32,027 nucleotides of DNA from the NCBI GenBank assembly GCA_947097535.1, contig CAMURM010000001.1:1-32027 (forward strand), given 5' to 3'. Positions 9,275 through 18,931 of this stretch are shown piece by piece; position 1 is the first letter of the stretch; every line of letters begins with the position of its first letter. The stretch comes from an uncultured Selenomonas sp. GTDB lineage: Bacteria; Bacillota; Negativicutes; Selenomonadales; Selenomonadaceae. The notes under the pieces are model-generated. The model worked only from the letters and a program-made list of their open reading frames with translations, did no database searches and was not told the DNA's origin. The position numbers were made by a program, and so were the translations under genes.

Positions 9275-10375
9275 TTACTGCTGAATGCTGAACCCGTCCA
9301 TGCCGTACAGCCCGCGCCGCCTTGTATACGGGAACACCTGATGCAGCATCCCGGACTTCGGGTAGCTAATCTCGTAGAGCTGCCCCGGCGCGACGTTTCG
9401 CATGGAGATAAAATACACGCCGGGCACATAACCCAAAGGCGAGAAGTTTCGCAGTCCGTCCGGATCGCGAAGCGCGTAGGCGACGAGGTTCATGTTCATC
9501 GTGATGCAGTTCAGCGTGTTGACGTTGCATCCCGTATCCGTCGTGTCCTTGCTCTGCAGGAGCGAATAGTCTGGAATGTACGCGTTCCCGCCCTCTCGAA
9601 GCACATCTTTTGTCTTGACAGGCAGAGCCATCTGCTTGCCCGTGTAAGCGCAGGCGATGTCTGCGGCATCGTTCTTGCCCGCGCTCGCCCAGAGCACGGA
9701 CGGACTGCGCAAAGGAGCCGCGTCGATGTCAGCGCGCAAAAATGTAGCCGCGCATGTCGTCATGGAAAAAAGCGGCACACTCTCTGCCTCAATCGCCGTA
9801 GCATCAAAAGTCGCCGATGACGTAAACATGTTGTAGCTGTTGCGGCTGCCGGAGAAAATCAAGCCGCCGTCCCAGTCGCCGATCTTTTCCAACGCGCCCA
9901 GCGCCAAGTGCTGAAATACGCCCGCCGTCTCCACGCTCACGATGAGCATGGGCGCAGGCTCCAAGATCGAATTGCAATACAGCGTATGCTCTCCTTGCGG
10001 CTTTATCGGGATGCCTACGCCGATCACCTCTTGATTAGCGACGAATACGGGCGCGTTCGGCTGATCGTACCAATAGCCCGACGGCGGGTTATTCGTGTGC
10101 GCTGTACACGCGACAAGACCGATGCCGTGCGCGTTCTCCTCATTTTTCTGCGAGGGGAAAATCTTCTTGCCGCCTGCCGAGCGGAAAACGCCGAATACTT
10201 TGCTGTCGGGGCTTTTCAGCGCGAGTTTCACGCCGTCGGAAGTTCCCGTGCCGTCAATCGGCACATCTACGATGCAGTTTTGCAGCACCGTCCACCCTTG
10301 CGCCGCTGCAAATTCGCTGATCTTCTGCAAAATGGCGACGGCATCCGTCAGCCCCGTATATTTTTGATACGACAT
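9275..10375 (-). CDS. Virion tail structural protein, 366 aa
   Basis: FAAAQGWTV N-terminus and FQHLALGALEKIGDWDGG motif resembling D3112/JBD30-type post-TMP proteins. Confidence 0.7.
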   Translation of the reverse strand: MSYQKYTGLTDAVAILQKISEFAAAQGWTVLQNCIVDVPIDGTGTSDGVKLALKSPDSKVFGVFRSAGGKKIFPSQKNEENAHGIGLVACTAHTNNPPSGYWYDQPNAPVFVANQEVIGVGIPIKPQGEHTLYCNSILEPAPMLIVSVETAGVFQHLALGALEKIGDWDGGLIFSGSRNSYNMFTSSATFDATAIEAESVPLFSMTTCAATFLRADIDAAPLRSPSVLWASAGKNDAADIACAYTGKQMALPVKTKDVLREGGNAYIPDYSLLQSKDTTDTGCNVNTLNCITMNMNLVAYALRDPDGLRNFSPLGYVPGVYFISMRNVAPGQLYEISYPKSGMLHQVFPYTRRRGLYGMDGFSIQQ

Positions 10376-10377
10376 AT

Positions 10378-11781
10378 TTACTCCTCCAATCTCAGCAACA
10401 TATACCGGTTCTTTGTCTGCGCATCATCCCTGCGCTCCTCTTCCAGGAGCTTTTCCACATCCTCTTCGTAGACGATTCCTGCGTGCCCCTTGATATGGAA
10501 TCTCCTGCCCGTCCACCCGTTTGGCAAGACGAGCTGCAGCTTTCCGTTGACGCGCGTTTCGCCCTCCTTGCCCACGGGATGCGAGGGAAACGCGATGTAC
10601 GGGATGCGCCCTATGATGCCGCGCTGCTCTTTTCCTGCGGCAAAGAGTTCGATCGGCTCGAACTTCCACGACCCACCTTTATCATAGAGATGGCTGAAAT
10701 CCTGCACATCGGTCTCCGTCGGGCGTATGCGGTACGGGATATGCTGCGGCCGTTTGGGCGCTTCTCGCACAAAATGATAGAGCGGCACGGGACCCGAGCA
10801 AACAAAATGCGGCACAACTTCAAGCCTCTGCACATAGTTCGCCGCCCCGCGCCACCTGCCGTCCGGCAGACAGATCATTACTTGCGTAGGGGTTCCTTCC
10901 ACATCCTCTGCCGCACCGGCAAACGGAGCAAGACCGTGCGCGCAGCTCCACTCCTCGGGGCGATAGTCGAGCTGTATGCCGCGCACGGGCGTCGGCGTCT
11001 GCTGCGCGGGAGAATACCAAACATTGATTCCCTTTTCGACAAATCCCGACGTACCTCCGATAACCACGGCAGGAAAAGCGTACTCTTCATTGTCATAGGG
11101 CAAAAACGCGCCCAAGAAGGCGTGATCCCACACACCGTTGTTGTTAATGACGACGGAGAGCGTATGCGCGTCCTTGACAAGCCAATAGTCAAAAACCAGA
11201 TTCTTCGGGCCCTCGAAGTTCATGCCGAACGCAGGATAGCCGCAGCCCGGCAAAAGCGGCGGATGAAAGTCGATCGTCCCCGAAGCGCCTTCGACGCTAT
11301 ATGGAATCGGCAGCAGCTTGATATGATCGAAGCGCATGCCGCCCGGCTGCTCGTGCCAGTCAAGCCCCGCAATATATTGCTTGAACACACCGAAATGCAA
11401 GACCCTCGCTGAATGGGCGAAAATATCGGGCGTTTCCGTAAATGTCGCTTTGTTTACCGTACTACCTGACACTTCGACGGGCGCGATTTTGTTCAAGCCG
11501 TTTTTGTGCCAGACAAAATACGTTGCAAGATTTTCCTTCTTCATGAACCAGTCCGCATACGTCTTGCCCTTCTCGATACGGTTCGCCATCAGCCCGAGAT
11601 AGAGGACTTCGCCCTCTTTGCGTCCGCGCGCCCTGAAGATCGCACCGCGCGGCCAAGCATCCGAGCGCATGAGCTGCCAAGCGTCCGCGCCATGAATGGC
11701 GCTGTCCGTCGCCCACGCGCTGACGATGGCGATCAAGTCCTCGAAAGATGCCGCTGTGCCTCGTTTCATCCGAATCGCCAT
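10378..11781 (-). CDS. Virion tail structural protein, 467 aa
   Basis: Paralogous to 11786-12682 (WHEQPG/WFEQPG, AFLGAFLPY/AYLGFFIP, FPAVVIGG/YPMAIGG, PDGRWR/PDGVWR). Confidence 0.72.
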   Translation of the reverse strand: MAIRMKRGTAASFEDLIAIVSAWATDSAIHGADAWQLMRSDAWPRGAIFRARGRKEGEVLYLGLMANRIEKGKTYADWFMKKENLATYFVWHKNGLNKIAPVEVSGSTVNKATFTETPDIFAHSARVLHFGVFKQYIAGLDWHEQPGGMRFDHIKLLPIPYSVEGASGTIDFHPPLLPGCGYPAFGMNFEGPKNLVFDYWLVKDAHTLSVVINNNGVWDHAFLGAFLPYDNEEYAFPAVVIGGTSGFVEKGINVWYSPAQQTPTPVRGIQLDYRPEEWSCAHGLAPFAGAAEDVEGTPTQVMICLPDGRWRGAANYVQRLEVVPHFVCSGPVPLYHFVREAPKRPQHIPYRIRPTETDVQDFSHLYDKGGSWKFEPIELFAAGKEQRGIIGRIPYIAFPSHPVGKEGETRVNGKLQLVLPNGWTGRRFHIKGHAGIVYEEDVEKLLEEERRDDAQTKNRYMLLRLEE

Positions 11782-11785
11782 AGTA

Positions 11786-12682
11786 TCACGCCCACTCTAC
11801 CGCATGATATTCGTCGTCATCGCGACGAAATACGTTGTTGAAAATCTTATACGGCTTGTCCTTGTAAAGAACCGTATCTTTTACGGCAAGATCGGCGCGG
11901 TTGCCGATCCAATAGAGTCCGTCAAACTGCCCGAGAATACCAACAGGATCGCTTTCGTAAAGAAGCATCGGGAACAGCATATGATCTTCCATCGACGCTT
12001 CTTCCTGCGCCTTTTTGTAGACCGTCAGCGTATCCACGGGTTTGATGTCGGTCGGCCAGACCATCAGCTCCTTACCGCCGTAACGCCATACGCCGTCAGG
12101 ACGGCGCACGCATAGAGACGAATATCCATCAAATAGACGCGGCGTCGTGTAGACGCTGTGCCCTGTACCTTTGTCGCTCCACTTCACGCCTTCATAGGCG
12201 CTGCCGCCGATCGCCATCGGGTATGGGTACTGACGCTCGACGGCTACGGGAATAAAAAAGCCGAGATACGCCGCTTCATAGCGGTTCGACATCTCGACAT
12301 GGATGGTCACGCGACTCGTGTTCGCCGTCACCCAGTACATCATGCGCACATCACGTGCAAATGTCATGCACGGCAAGGTGTCACGATAAATCGCCCCCGG
12401 CTGCTCGAACCACTCCAAATGCTCGTCATAGCCACAGAAGCCGTTGAGCAGGAAATTTTCCTGTCCGCCGCCCGCGTCTTTGATCTTCATGCCGATGTAG
12501 ATTTCGTCCTTGCCGTCGCCGACGCCGCAGAGGATGACTTCCGTCGTGTCCTCTGTGACCGCCGCAGGCCGCAGGAGCTTCCAAGCATTTCCCGCCGTGA
12601 AATTCGCATCGTCGATGAGAAACGCCGTGATGTCTTGCAGCATCTCTTTCACCGTCGTCGCCGTTTTGTTGAGTGTTGGCAT
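11786..12682 (-). CDS. Virion tail structural protein, 298 aa
   Basis: AAGGAGG RBS before ATG at 12682 (MPTLNK...); YEAAYLG...QYPYPMAIGG...GQFDGLYWI...NVFR pattern. Confidence 0.75.
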   Translation of the reverse strand: MPTLNKTATTVKEMLQDITAFLIDDANFTAGNAWKLLRPAAVTEDTTEVILCGVGDGKDEIYIGMKIKDAGGGQENFLLNGFCGYDEHLEWFEQPGAIYRDTLPCMTFARDVRMMYWVTANTSRVTIHVEMSNRYEAAYLGFFIPVAVERQYPYPMAIGGSAYEGVKWSDKGTGHSVYTTPRLFDGYSSLCVRRPDGVWRYGGKELMVWPTDIKPVDTLTVYKKAQEEASMEDHMLFPMLLYESDPVGILGQFDGLYWIGNRADLAVKDTVLYKDKPYKIFNNVFRRDDDEYHAVEWA

Positions 12683-12712
12683 GATGTGCCTCCTTTTCTC
12701 TTTTATCGCATC

Positions 12713-12744
12713 AAAAAAGGACACCGCATGACGATGTCCTTTTT
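12713..12744 (-). terminator. Intrinsic terminator after the moron gene (potentially bidirectional)
   Basis: Minus strand AAAAAGGACATCG-TCATG-CGGTGTCC-TTTTTT. Confidence 0.8.
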
Positions 12745-12747
12745 ATA

Positions 12748-13383
12748 TCAATCTTTGATTGAAGGTCCCCACAAACTATCCCATGTTGCTAAAGTCCTTT
12801 CAGAACTTACATGTCTCACGCAAAGCTTCCAATCATTATAATCTATCTTCATTTTTCTTGCGCCATGCATCCCGCCCCAGAGTTGCATATACGATTTGAC
12901 GGCTCCTATTTTAGAATCCTTTGAAAGCAACGACCAATAATCATTAACATAAATCGTGATAGTTCTCCCTTTTATTGAGCAGCCTTCGTACATAGCTTTT
13001 CCATTGTTAGAACTAAGAACTTTATTATAGGATTCTATTAACTCAGTCAGCTTTTCTTGATATTCTTCATTTTTCTGTCTATCTTCTGTTGCTTTCGCTT
13101 CTTGCTGATGTTTTAGTTTATCTGGTAAATCCTTAAAATCTACTCTTGCTCTACGCTCATATTCTGTACCACCATATCTCTTTTTCAACTCTTTGAGTTT
13201 TTCGTCTGCCTGTTGCAAATTATTAGATTCATACGCACTTCTTATTTCTTCATAAAGCCGACCTGCATTTTCATTCTGTGTTTTATGAATTCCCAGAAGA
13301 CACGATGTCATGCCACCCACACAAACACCTAAAAAGATGACCCCGACTACTACATAAAGCAGAATTCTCTTTTGTGCGAACAT
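12748..13383 (-). CDS. AT-rich moron: N-terminally membrane-anchored or exported protein, 211 aa
   Basis: KR followed by a long hydrophobic stretch; visibly lower GC than the flanks; own promoter and terminator. Confidence 0.8.
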   Translation of the reverse strand: MFAQKRILLYVVVGVIFLGVCVGGMTSCLLGIHKTQNENAGRLYEEIRSAYESNNLQQADEKLKELKKRYGGTEYERRARVDFKDLPDKLKHQQEAKATEDRQKNEEYQEKLTELIESYNKVLSSNNGKAMYEGCSIKGRTITIYVNDYWSLLSKDSKIGAVKSYMQLWGGMHGARKMKIDYNDWKLCVRHVSSERTLATWDSLWGPSIKD

Positions 13384-13395
13384 ATTTCTCCCCCC

Positions 13396-13460
13396 TATGA
13401 AGATTAGACCCTATTCCATTATGCCCCAACGAGACATTTAGCGCAAGTCTAATCTTCATA
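13396..13460. repeat. Perfect 14-bp inverted repeat bracketing the moron promoter
   Basis: TATGAAGATTAGAC (13396-13409) and GTCTAATCTTCATA (13447-13460), 37-bp spacer. Confidence 0.92.
13418..13446 (-). promoter_or_regulatory. SigmaA/70-type promoter for the moron gene
   Basis: TTGCGC-N17-CATAAT on the minus strand, 35 nt upstream of the moron ATG. Confidence 0.7.
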
Positions 13461-13474
13461 CCGGGAGTTATTTT

Positions 13475-16400
13475 CTATCTGAGCCTACGTCCCAGTTCGC
13501 TTCTCAGTCGCGCATTTCGCACGGTATCACGCTCGATTTCGCTGCGGATGAACGGCTTGCCGTAGGTGTCGAAAATTCGCTTGCCATCGACATAGTTGTT
13601 CGCCGTCAGATGAATCGGGATGCTTGCGCCAAGTTCCGTCGTGAAACGGCTCGCCGCCGAATCGAGATACCTGCCGACCATGCCGCCTGCCGCGAACTTC
13701 GGTATGCGCACATGGATGTTCGCAAATGTACCGTTGTTGATGCGCTCCAAGGTTTCGCGGCCATACTTTTTGACAGCGGCGGCTTTCACGACGAACTCGC
13801 CGTTTGAGAGCCTTGACAAGATGCTGTCGCTCGTCCCTGTGCCAGGACCTTCGATATAGCCGCCTGCCGCGTGCTGCTGCACAGCCGTCGGCTTTTGCGC
13901 GACGGTTTCGCTAAAGGACGGCAGCCCGAACGGATTGTGCAGAGGACTTGAAGAAAATGAGTGAATCTGACTGCTTGTATTTTGCAGCGTCGTGAGGATT
14001 CCTGTGCAAAGCGTCTGCAGCTCTGATTGAAGCGTCTGCGACTGCGAGGAGAACTCGCCAAGGAAAATCCCTGTGCTGGTCTTCAGCCGCTGATAGCTCG
14101 CTTCCATCGCCTGCACTTGCGCGTCTGCTCCGGCGACGCTTTCGCCGCCATCGGGCGTCTGCTGTGCAGGGAACCACTTGTCCATCAAGTCGGCGACGAT
14201 GCTTTCGGCATAGGCTTTCTGTATCGCCTGAAGCACCGTCCGCGCGAGGTCGGTCAAGGCTTCTTCCAAGGATTCCGCTTGATTAACACCGTCCGTCAGG
14301 AAGGTGACAAGCCCATCCTCAAGCGACTGTTTCGCCGCCGAGCGCACCTTTTCCAAGACGGACGGCAGACGCTCCAAGCGCTCCAGGAGCGCCGCCGCGC
14401 GTTCGTGCGGCAGGATGTCTTCGGCAAGAATCCGCGCTTTTTCAATCTCCGCGCTCTCTTTGATGCGTGCGCGTTCGGCATCGTCTGCCGCCTTTTGAAG
14501 CCGCTCTTCGACCTCGTGGTAATACTTGCGGTAGCTCGCCCAACCGCGATCTGCCATACTTTCTTCGGCTCTTCTTTCCTCTCGTCTGCCCCACGATTCC
14601 ACCGCCGCCTTGGCGCGTTCCTTCTGCCCTGTTGTCATAGTCGAGTCTGCATCAATCATGCTCGTCTGCCAAGACACATTGTCCTTGACCGCACTCTTGA
14701 AGTTCTCGACAATGGAGAGCAAGTCTTTCTTGATTTCTTTGATTTTCTCCTTAGCTTTGAAGGCAAGCTCCGTATTGCCCAGCTCGGACGCTTCGCGGAA
14801 TTGCTTTTGCAGATCGTCAAGCTGGTCGGCGACGAAATGGACGTTCGCCATGTCACTCTTATCGTAGATGTAGCTCGTATAGCGTTTGGCGGCATCAGCA
14901 AGCGTATACATGTGCGCACCGATCTTGTAGACCATATCTTCCGCATTGTCCTTGATCGTGCGCATACCGACGTCCAGATAGCGCGACGCCTGCTCGATAT
15001 TGAGGTCGAGCAGGCGATGCTGCCGGAGGATTCTTTCCTGCACCGCCGCTTCTTCGTTCTTCTCCAACTCGTACTTGCGGATTCTCTCCTCACTCTCGCG
15101 CACAAGCTGCTTTTTCTGGATGAGCGATATGTTATTTTGCGTAGCGAAAAAGGCTTTCGCCGTTTCTTCCTGATACTTCTGTGACTGCTCGGCTTGCCGC
15201 TTCATATCAAGCTGCGCTTTGTTGTGCGCGACGGGCAAGGCGTTCGCCCCGCCGCCTGCGTTTCCTGCTGCGCCACTGATTGAACCGCCGGAAGCGTGCT
15301 GCAGGATGTCTGCGAGTGATACAACGCCGACAATCTGCCCCGCGTTCTCCAAGGCGACTTCATCAATCGGCGTACCCGGACCGTGCCGCCCCGAAGACGT
15401 CAGAACGCGCCCGTTGCCGGCATACATCATGGCGTGCCCCGGAGCACGCAAGGTGCCGTCGCTCCCCAAAGAGATGAGCACGTCGCCCGCCGCAAGCTCC
15501 ATGCCCTCGACGTAATCCTTCCAGATGCCCGCCGCTTTCGTCTTGGCTACGATGCCGATTTTCTCCGCTTCATCGTCCGAGCCAAAGCCCGACACGAGAG
15601 GATCGAGGTAATCTAAGATGGATTTGCCGTATTGCCCGAGCGTGTCGTCAAGCCCCGCGCGTTTGAGACTTTCGATGACGAACTCCGTGCATTTGAGGTC
15701 GGCATACGTCAGCCCATCGTCTATGATCTTGCGCCCCTCAGCGGCAGCTCTCTCACCAATCCCCGTGCTCAGAGAAGATGCGCTCGTCTGCCGCACCATC
15801 GGATCAGCGACAAGCGGTGCCGACAACAGCTCATTCGCACGCGCACGCTTTCCTTCGATGCGTGCCATGACCTCATCCGCATACGCTTCGGCAGCGGGTC
15901 CCGAACCATTATATCGGCGGAGCGCTTCATGAACGTCACCTTTGACCTCGTTCAAAAGTTCCGCGAAGAGCTTGCCGCCACCATACGCATTGCGTACGAG
16001 GTCATACGGATTGCCCGCCATCGCCTGTGCTTCGTCGGACGTGAGCTGCATCAGTCCTACACCGCCGTCAAACGACACTTTGACATTGCCATTCTCGTCC
16101 CAATGCTGCCCGCTCGATTCCTGTTCTGCGATGGCTAGAAGCGTTTCATAGTTGAGCTGTCCTGTCTTATCGATGCTCTTGAGTTCCTGCAAGGCGAGGT
16201 AGAGCGCGCCTTCTTCTGGCGTAGCGCCTTGCGGTATGCCTGCCGCCTGTCCGCCGCTCTGGGCGGTCTGCGGCGCTCCCCCGCTTGCTGTGGTATAGAG
16301 ATTGCCCGCAGCCGCCGCGATCAACTCGGCGGCATAGCGCTGGTTTTCCGACAACTCTTGCAGCGTTTTTCGGTGATCTTCAAGCTCCGCCGTCAGCTTC

Positions 16401-18175
16401 TCAATCTCCTGCGTCTGCTTCTCCCTGTCCTCATCTCGGACGGGCGTCGCCTTGATGCGCTCAATCTGAGCGACGAGAGCATCGACAGTCTTTTGCTCCT
16501 TGTCGATCTCCGCCTGCGCGTCCTTCGTAATCTTCTCCTGCCACGAAATCATGCCCTGGTCGAAGAGCACGCTGATTTCTTCCATCGCCTTCTTGATTTC
16601 TTTGAGCTGTTCGGATAGATTCGCCTTGATCATGGCAAGAGCCCGCTTCAAGGCGTCTTCCTGCGCCTTGAAGAACTTTCTCTCTGCCTCTTTTTGCGCC
16701 CTTTCCGCAGCCTTCGCGTCTTCACGCTTGGGATACTTGCTGGTGACATTCGGAATCGGCTTATCACGCTCCGCCTTTTCTGCCTCAAGTTTCGCCCTTT
16801 GGTCGGCGATTCTCGCTCGCGTTTCTCCTGCGAGATTGCTGTGCTTGAGTTCGTGCCCTGTACTCTCTGCGATTTTCTCTTCGGCTTTATCGGCGATGGC
16901 TTCCCAGTTGTCCGCGGCTTGACCGAAAAATGCACGGATTGCCTTTGTAAGCTCACGCACAAGGGCGATGACCTTCTTGATCGGCTCCGTAAACATCAGC
17001 TGATCCGTAAACAGTTCCCATGCTTTACGCATGTTCCAGACCATGCGCAGGATATGCCCGACGGTCACAATGAGGTCTTCGAGGATGCCGATCAAGTCCT
17101 CTATGGGCACGACCTCTGCCAAGACCGTATAAAAGTCGATAATGCCGTCAATGATTTCAAGCACCCAGAGATAAACTTCCTGCAAGGCGGCGATAAAGTC
17201 CAATATGGCAGGATTGACCTCAAATTCTCCTGTCGTTTCATTGATCTCGCCGAACATCTCGGCGATTTCCTGCGCGGCAACTTTAATTTCGGGGCCGAAT
17301 ACATCCATGATCTTCGCCGAGGCTTGCGTCGCGTATTCTTCGATCATGCTGAACATGCCGGAGAACGTCTCAGGATATGCCTCTGCCGAATACTTGAAGC
17401 CTTCCATGCGCTTCATAAGGAAGGTGAATAATCCCTCAGCAGAATCCTTCGCCGCCTTGATATCCGCATCCGTCAAGCCCATTGCCGAAGCAATCGTTGA
17501 CGATGACGCCGTGATGCCGCCCTGCAGCAGATCGCGAAGCTCCTGCACGAACTGCGTAGAGTTTAGTCCCATCGCCTTGGCGGCGTTGACGCCCGTCGTC
17601 GTGAACTCGCGAATCTGCTCAAGATTCAGCCCCGCCCCCAAACCTGGCGCCAAGATGCCTTGAAATGTCGTCACAAGATCCTTCGTGCTCGCCGCCGTGC
17701 GAATGGCATCCCCATTGAGCTTCTGCATCATGTCAGAAGAAATAGAAAGCGCCGTATTAAAGTCGATCGCCTCGCCGTTGATCTGCCCCATGGACGCAAG
17801 CGTGCCCGCCATACCGAGCTTTGCCGTCTCCATATCTCGGACAAACTCGAAGCCGGGCATGACGATGGAAGATGCGACGCCCTTGATGGTCGTGAGTACC
17901 CCGAGCACGCCCTGCACCGCAAGCTGCGCTTTCGCCAAGCCGCCCAAAAAACCGCCAAAAATATCGCCCGATAGGCTGTTTCTCGCTGCGCCGCCCATCT
18001 GGTCGAGACGGCGATTGAGGTTGTTGATCGTGTCGTTGAGATTGTTGAGCGTTCCATTCAGATTGCCCGCACCCGAATCAAGCTGCCGAAGGGCGGCGAG
18101 CGCGGCGAGGATGCTCTGCAGGAACTGTGCGTTGTCTCCGCTGATCCGTATGATGATGTCGCTATGTCCTGCCAT
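13475..18175 (-). CDS. Tape measure protein with internal SLT lytic transglycosylase and NlpC/P60-like domains, 1566 aa
   Basis: Follows the chaperones; helical and Ala-rich; AEQESS...GVGLMQL...ALRRYNG; CTEFV...GDVL...GHAMMY; C-terminal AAGGYIEGPGTGTSDSI...LSNGEFV. Confidence 0.92.
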   Translation of the reverse strand: MAGHSDIIIRISGDNAQFLQSILAALAALRQLDSGAGNLNGTLNNLNDTINNLNRRLDQMGGAARNSLSGDIFGGFLGGLAKAQLAVQGVLGVLTTIKGVASSIVMPGFEFVRDMETAKLGMAGTLASMGQINGEAIDFNTALSISSDMMQKLNGDAIRTAASTKDLVTTFQGILAPGLGAGLNLEQIREFTTTGVNAAKAMGLNSTQFVQELRDLLQGGITASSSTIASAMGLTDADIKAAKDSAEGLFTFLMKRMEGFKYSAEAYPETFSGMFSMIEEYATQASAKIMDVFGPEIKVAAQEIAEMFGEINETTGEFEVNPAILDFIAALQEVYLWVLEIIDGIIDFYTVLAEVVPIEDLIGILEDLIVTVGHILRMVWNMRKAWELFTDQLMFTEPIKKVIALVRELTKAIRAFFGQAADNWEAIADKAEEKIAESTGHELKHSNLAGETRARIADQRAKLEAEKAERDKPIPNVTSKYPKREDAKAAERAQKEAERKFFKAQEDALKRALAMIKANLSEQLKEIKKAMEEISVLFDQGMISWQEKITKDAQAEIDKEQKTVDALVAQIERIKATPVRDEDREKQTQEIEKLTAELEDHRKTLQELSENQRYAAELIAAAAGNLYTTASGGAPQTAQSGGQAAGIPQGATPEEGALYLALQELKSIDKTGQLNYETLLAIAEQESSGQHWDENGNVKVSFDGGVGLMQLTSDEAQAMAGNPYDLVRNAYGGGKLFAELLNEVKGDVHEALRRYNGSGPAAEAYADEVMARIEGKRARANELLSAPLVADPMVRQTSASSLSTGIGERAAAEGRKIIDDGLTYADLKCTEFVIESLKRAGLDDTLGQYGKSILDYLDPLVSGFGSDDEAEKIGIVAKTKAAGIWKDYVEGMELAAGDVLISLGSDGTLRAPGHAMMYAGNGRVLTSSGRHGPGTPIDEVALENAGQIVGVVSLADILQHASGGSISGAAGNAGGGANALPVAHNKAQLDMKRQAEQSQKYQEETAKAFFATQNNISLIQKKQLVRESEERIRKYELEKNEEAAVQERILRQHRLLDLNIEQASRYLDVGMRTIKDNAEDMVYKIGAHMYTLADAAKRYTSYIYDKSDMANVHFVADQLDDLQKQFREASELGNTELAFKAKEKIKEIKKDLLSIVENFKSAVKDNVSWQTSMIDADSTMTTGQKERAKAAVESWGRREERRAEESMADRGWASYRKYYHEVEERLQKAADDAERARIKESAEIEKARILAEDILPHERAAALLERLERLPSVLEKVRSAAKQSLEDGLVTFLTDGVNQAESLEEALTDLARTVLQAIQKAYAESIVADLMDKWFPAQQTPDGGESVAGADAQVQAMEASYQRLKTSTGIFLGEFSSQSQTLQSELQTLCTGILTTLQNTSSQIHSFSSSPLHNPFGLPSFSETVAQKPTAVQQHAAGGYIEGPGTGTSDSILSRLSNGEFVVKAAAVKKYGRETLERINNGTFANIHVRIPKFAAGGMVGRYLDSAASRFTTELGASIPIHLTANNYVDGKRIFDTYGKPFIRSEIERDTVRNARLRSELGRRLR

Positions 18176-18467
18176 GCCGTCCTCTCTTTCCGCGAAGCCC
18201 TTCTAAAATCGGCGTCAATTCCTTCGAGCCACCGAAAATCGCCGCTGCGCCAAGCGCGACGCCCTCAATGAAATCTGCACGCGCCGCATTCTCTTCCCAC
18301 ACGATTTTTTCCAAGAACAGCCGGACCTCGGTGATGCTGTACGCATGAAGCACATCGTCCTTCGCATGTCCGTGCGAGATGAGCTTTTGCAGTACCTCGT
18401 ACGGCGTTACTTCGCGTCCTTCGCTGTTTTCTTCGTCTTGACCTTCGCGAGCGCCCGGATAAAAAAA
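18162..18467 (-). CDS. Tail assembly chaperone, -1 frameshift extension (gpGT-like)
   Basis: The -1 frame opens exactly at T TTT TTT (18461-18467) and runs to the TMP start. Confidence 0.72.
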   Translation of the reverse strand, partial: FFYPGAREGQDEENSEGREVTPYEVLQKLISHGHAKDDVLHAYSITEVRLFLEKIVWEENAARADFIEGVALGAAAIFGGSKELTPILEGLRGKRGRHGRT

Positions 18468-18874
18468 TCACGGTTGACCTCGAACACCACGCGGCCTACC
18501 GTGATGGCGTCGTCAAGCGGCAGACTCTCCAAAAATGCCGCCTCTTTCTTCGTCGCCAATACACCGATCTCCAAGAGCGCGGCAACGACTTCCTCGATGC
18601 CCTCGACGCTCATGATGGCGGCCAGCGTGCCACCCAGAATCCCGCTGCGTTCCTGCTGCACATCTTCGCCCGCTTCTTTCGATGCTTTGGCAAGCTGCCC
18701 CAGACCGCCCGTCGCCGCGTCCAGAGCCGCGCCGTTATCCGTGATGAACTTCACGATCTTCCCCAGCGGCGTGACGGCGCGCAGCGTATCTGCCCAAGAG
18801 AGCGGCTTGATCGTGAGCTTTTCACCGCCCACCTCGATTTCCTGCCCTGCGAGCAGCACTTTCCTTTCGTCCAT
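18407..18874 (-). CDS. Tail assembly chaperone (gpG-like), 155 aa
   Basis: Between major tail and TMP; GGAGG RBS before ATG at 18874; ends ...VNRDFF at a slippery site. Confidence 0.78.
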   Translation of the reverse strand: MDERKVLLAGQEIEVGGEKLTIKPLSWADTLRAVTPLGKIVKFITDNGAALDAATGGLGQLAKASKEAGEDVQQERSGILGGTLAAIMSVEGIEEVVAALLEIGVLATKKEAAFLESLPLDDAITVGRVVFEVNRDFFIRALAKVKTKKTAKDAK

Positions 18875-18890
18875 GGTATGACCTCCATAC

Positions 18891-18918
18891 AAAAAGGGAC
18901 GGCGCAAGTGTCCGTCCC
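18891..18918 (-). terminator. Terminator-like hairpin after the major tail gene
   Basis: GGGACGG...CCGTCCC followed by TTTTT on the minus strand. Confidence 0.7.
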
Positions 18919-18931
18919 CGCCATATTCATC

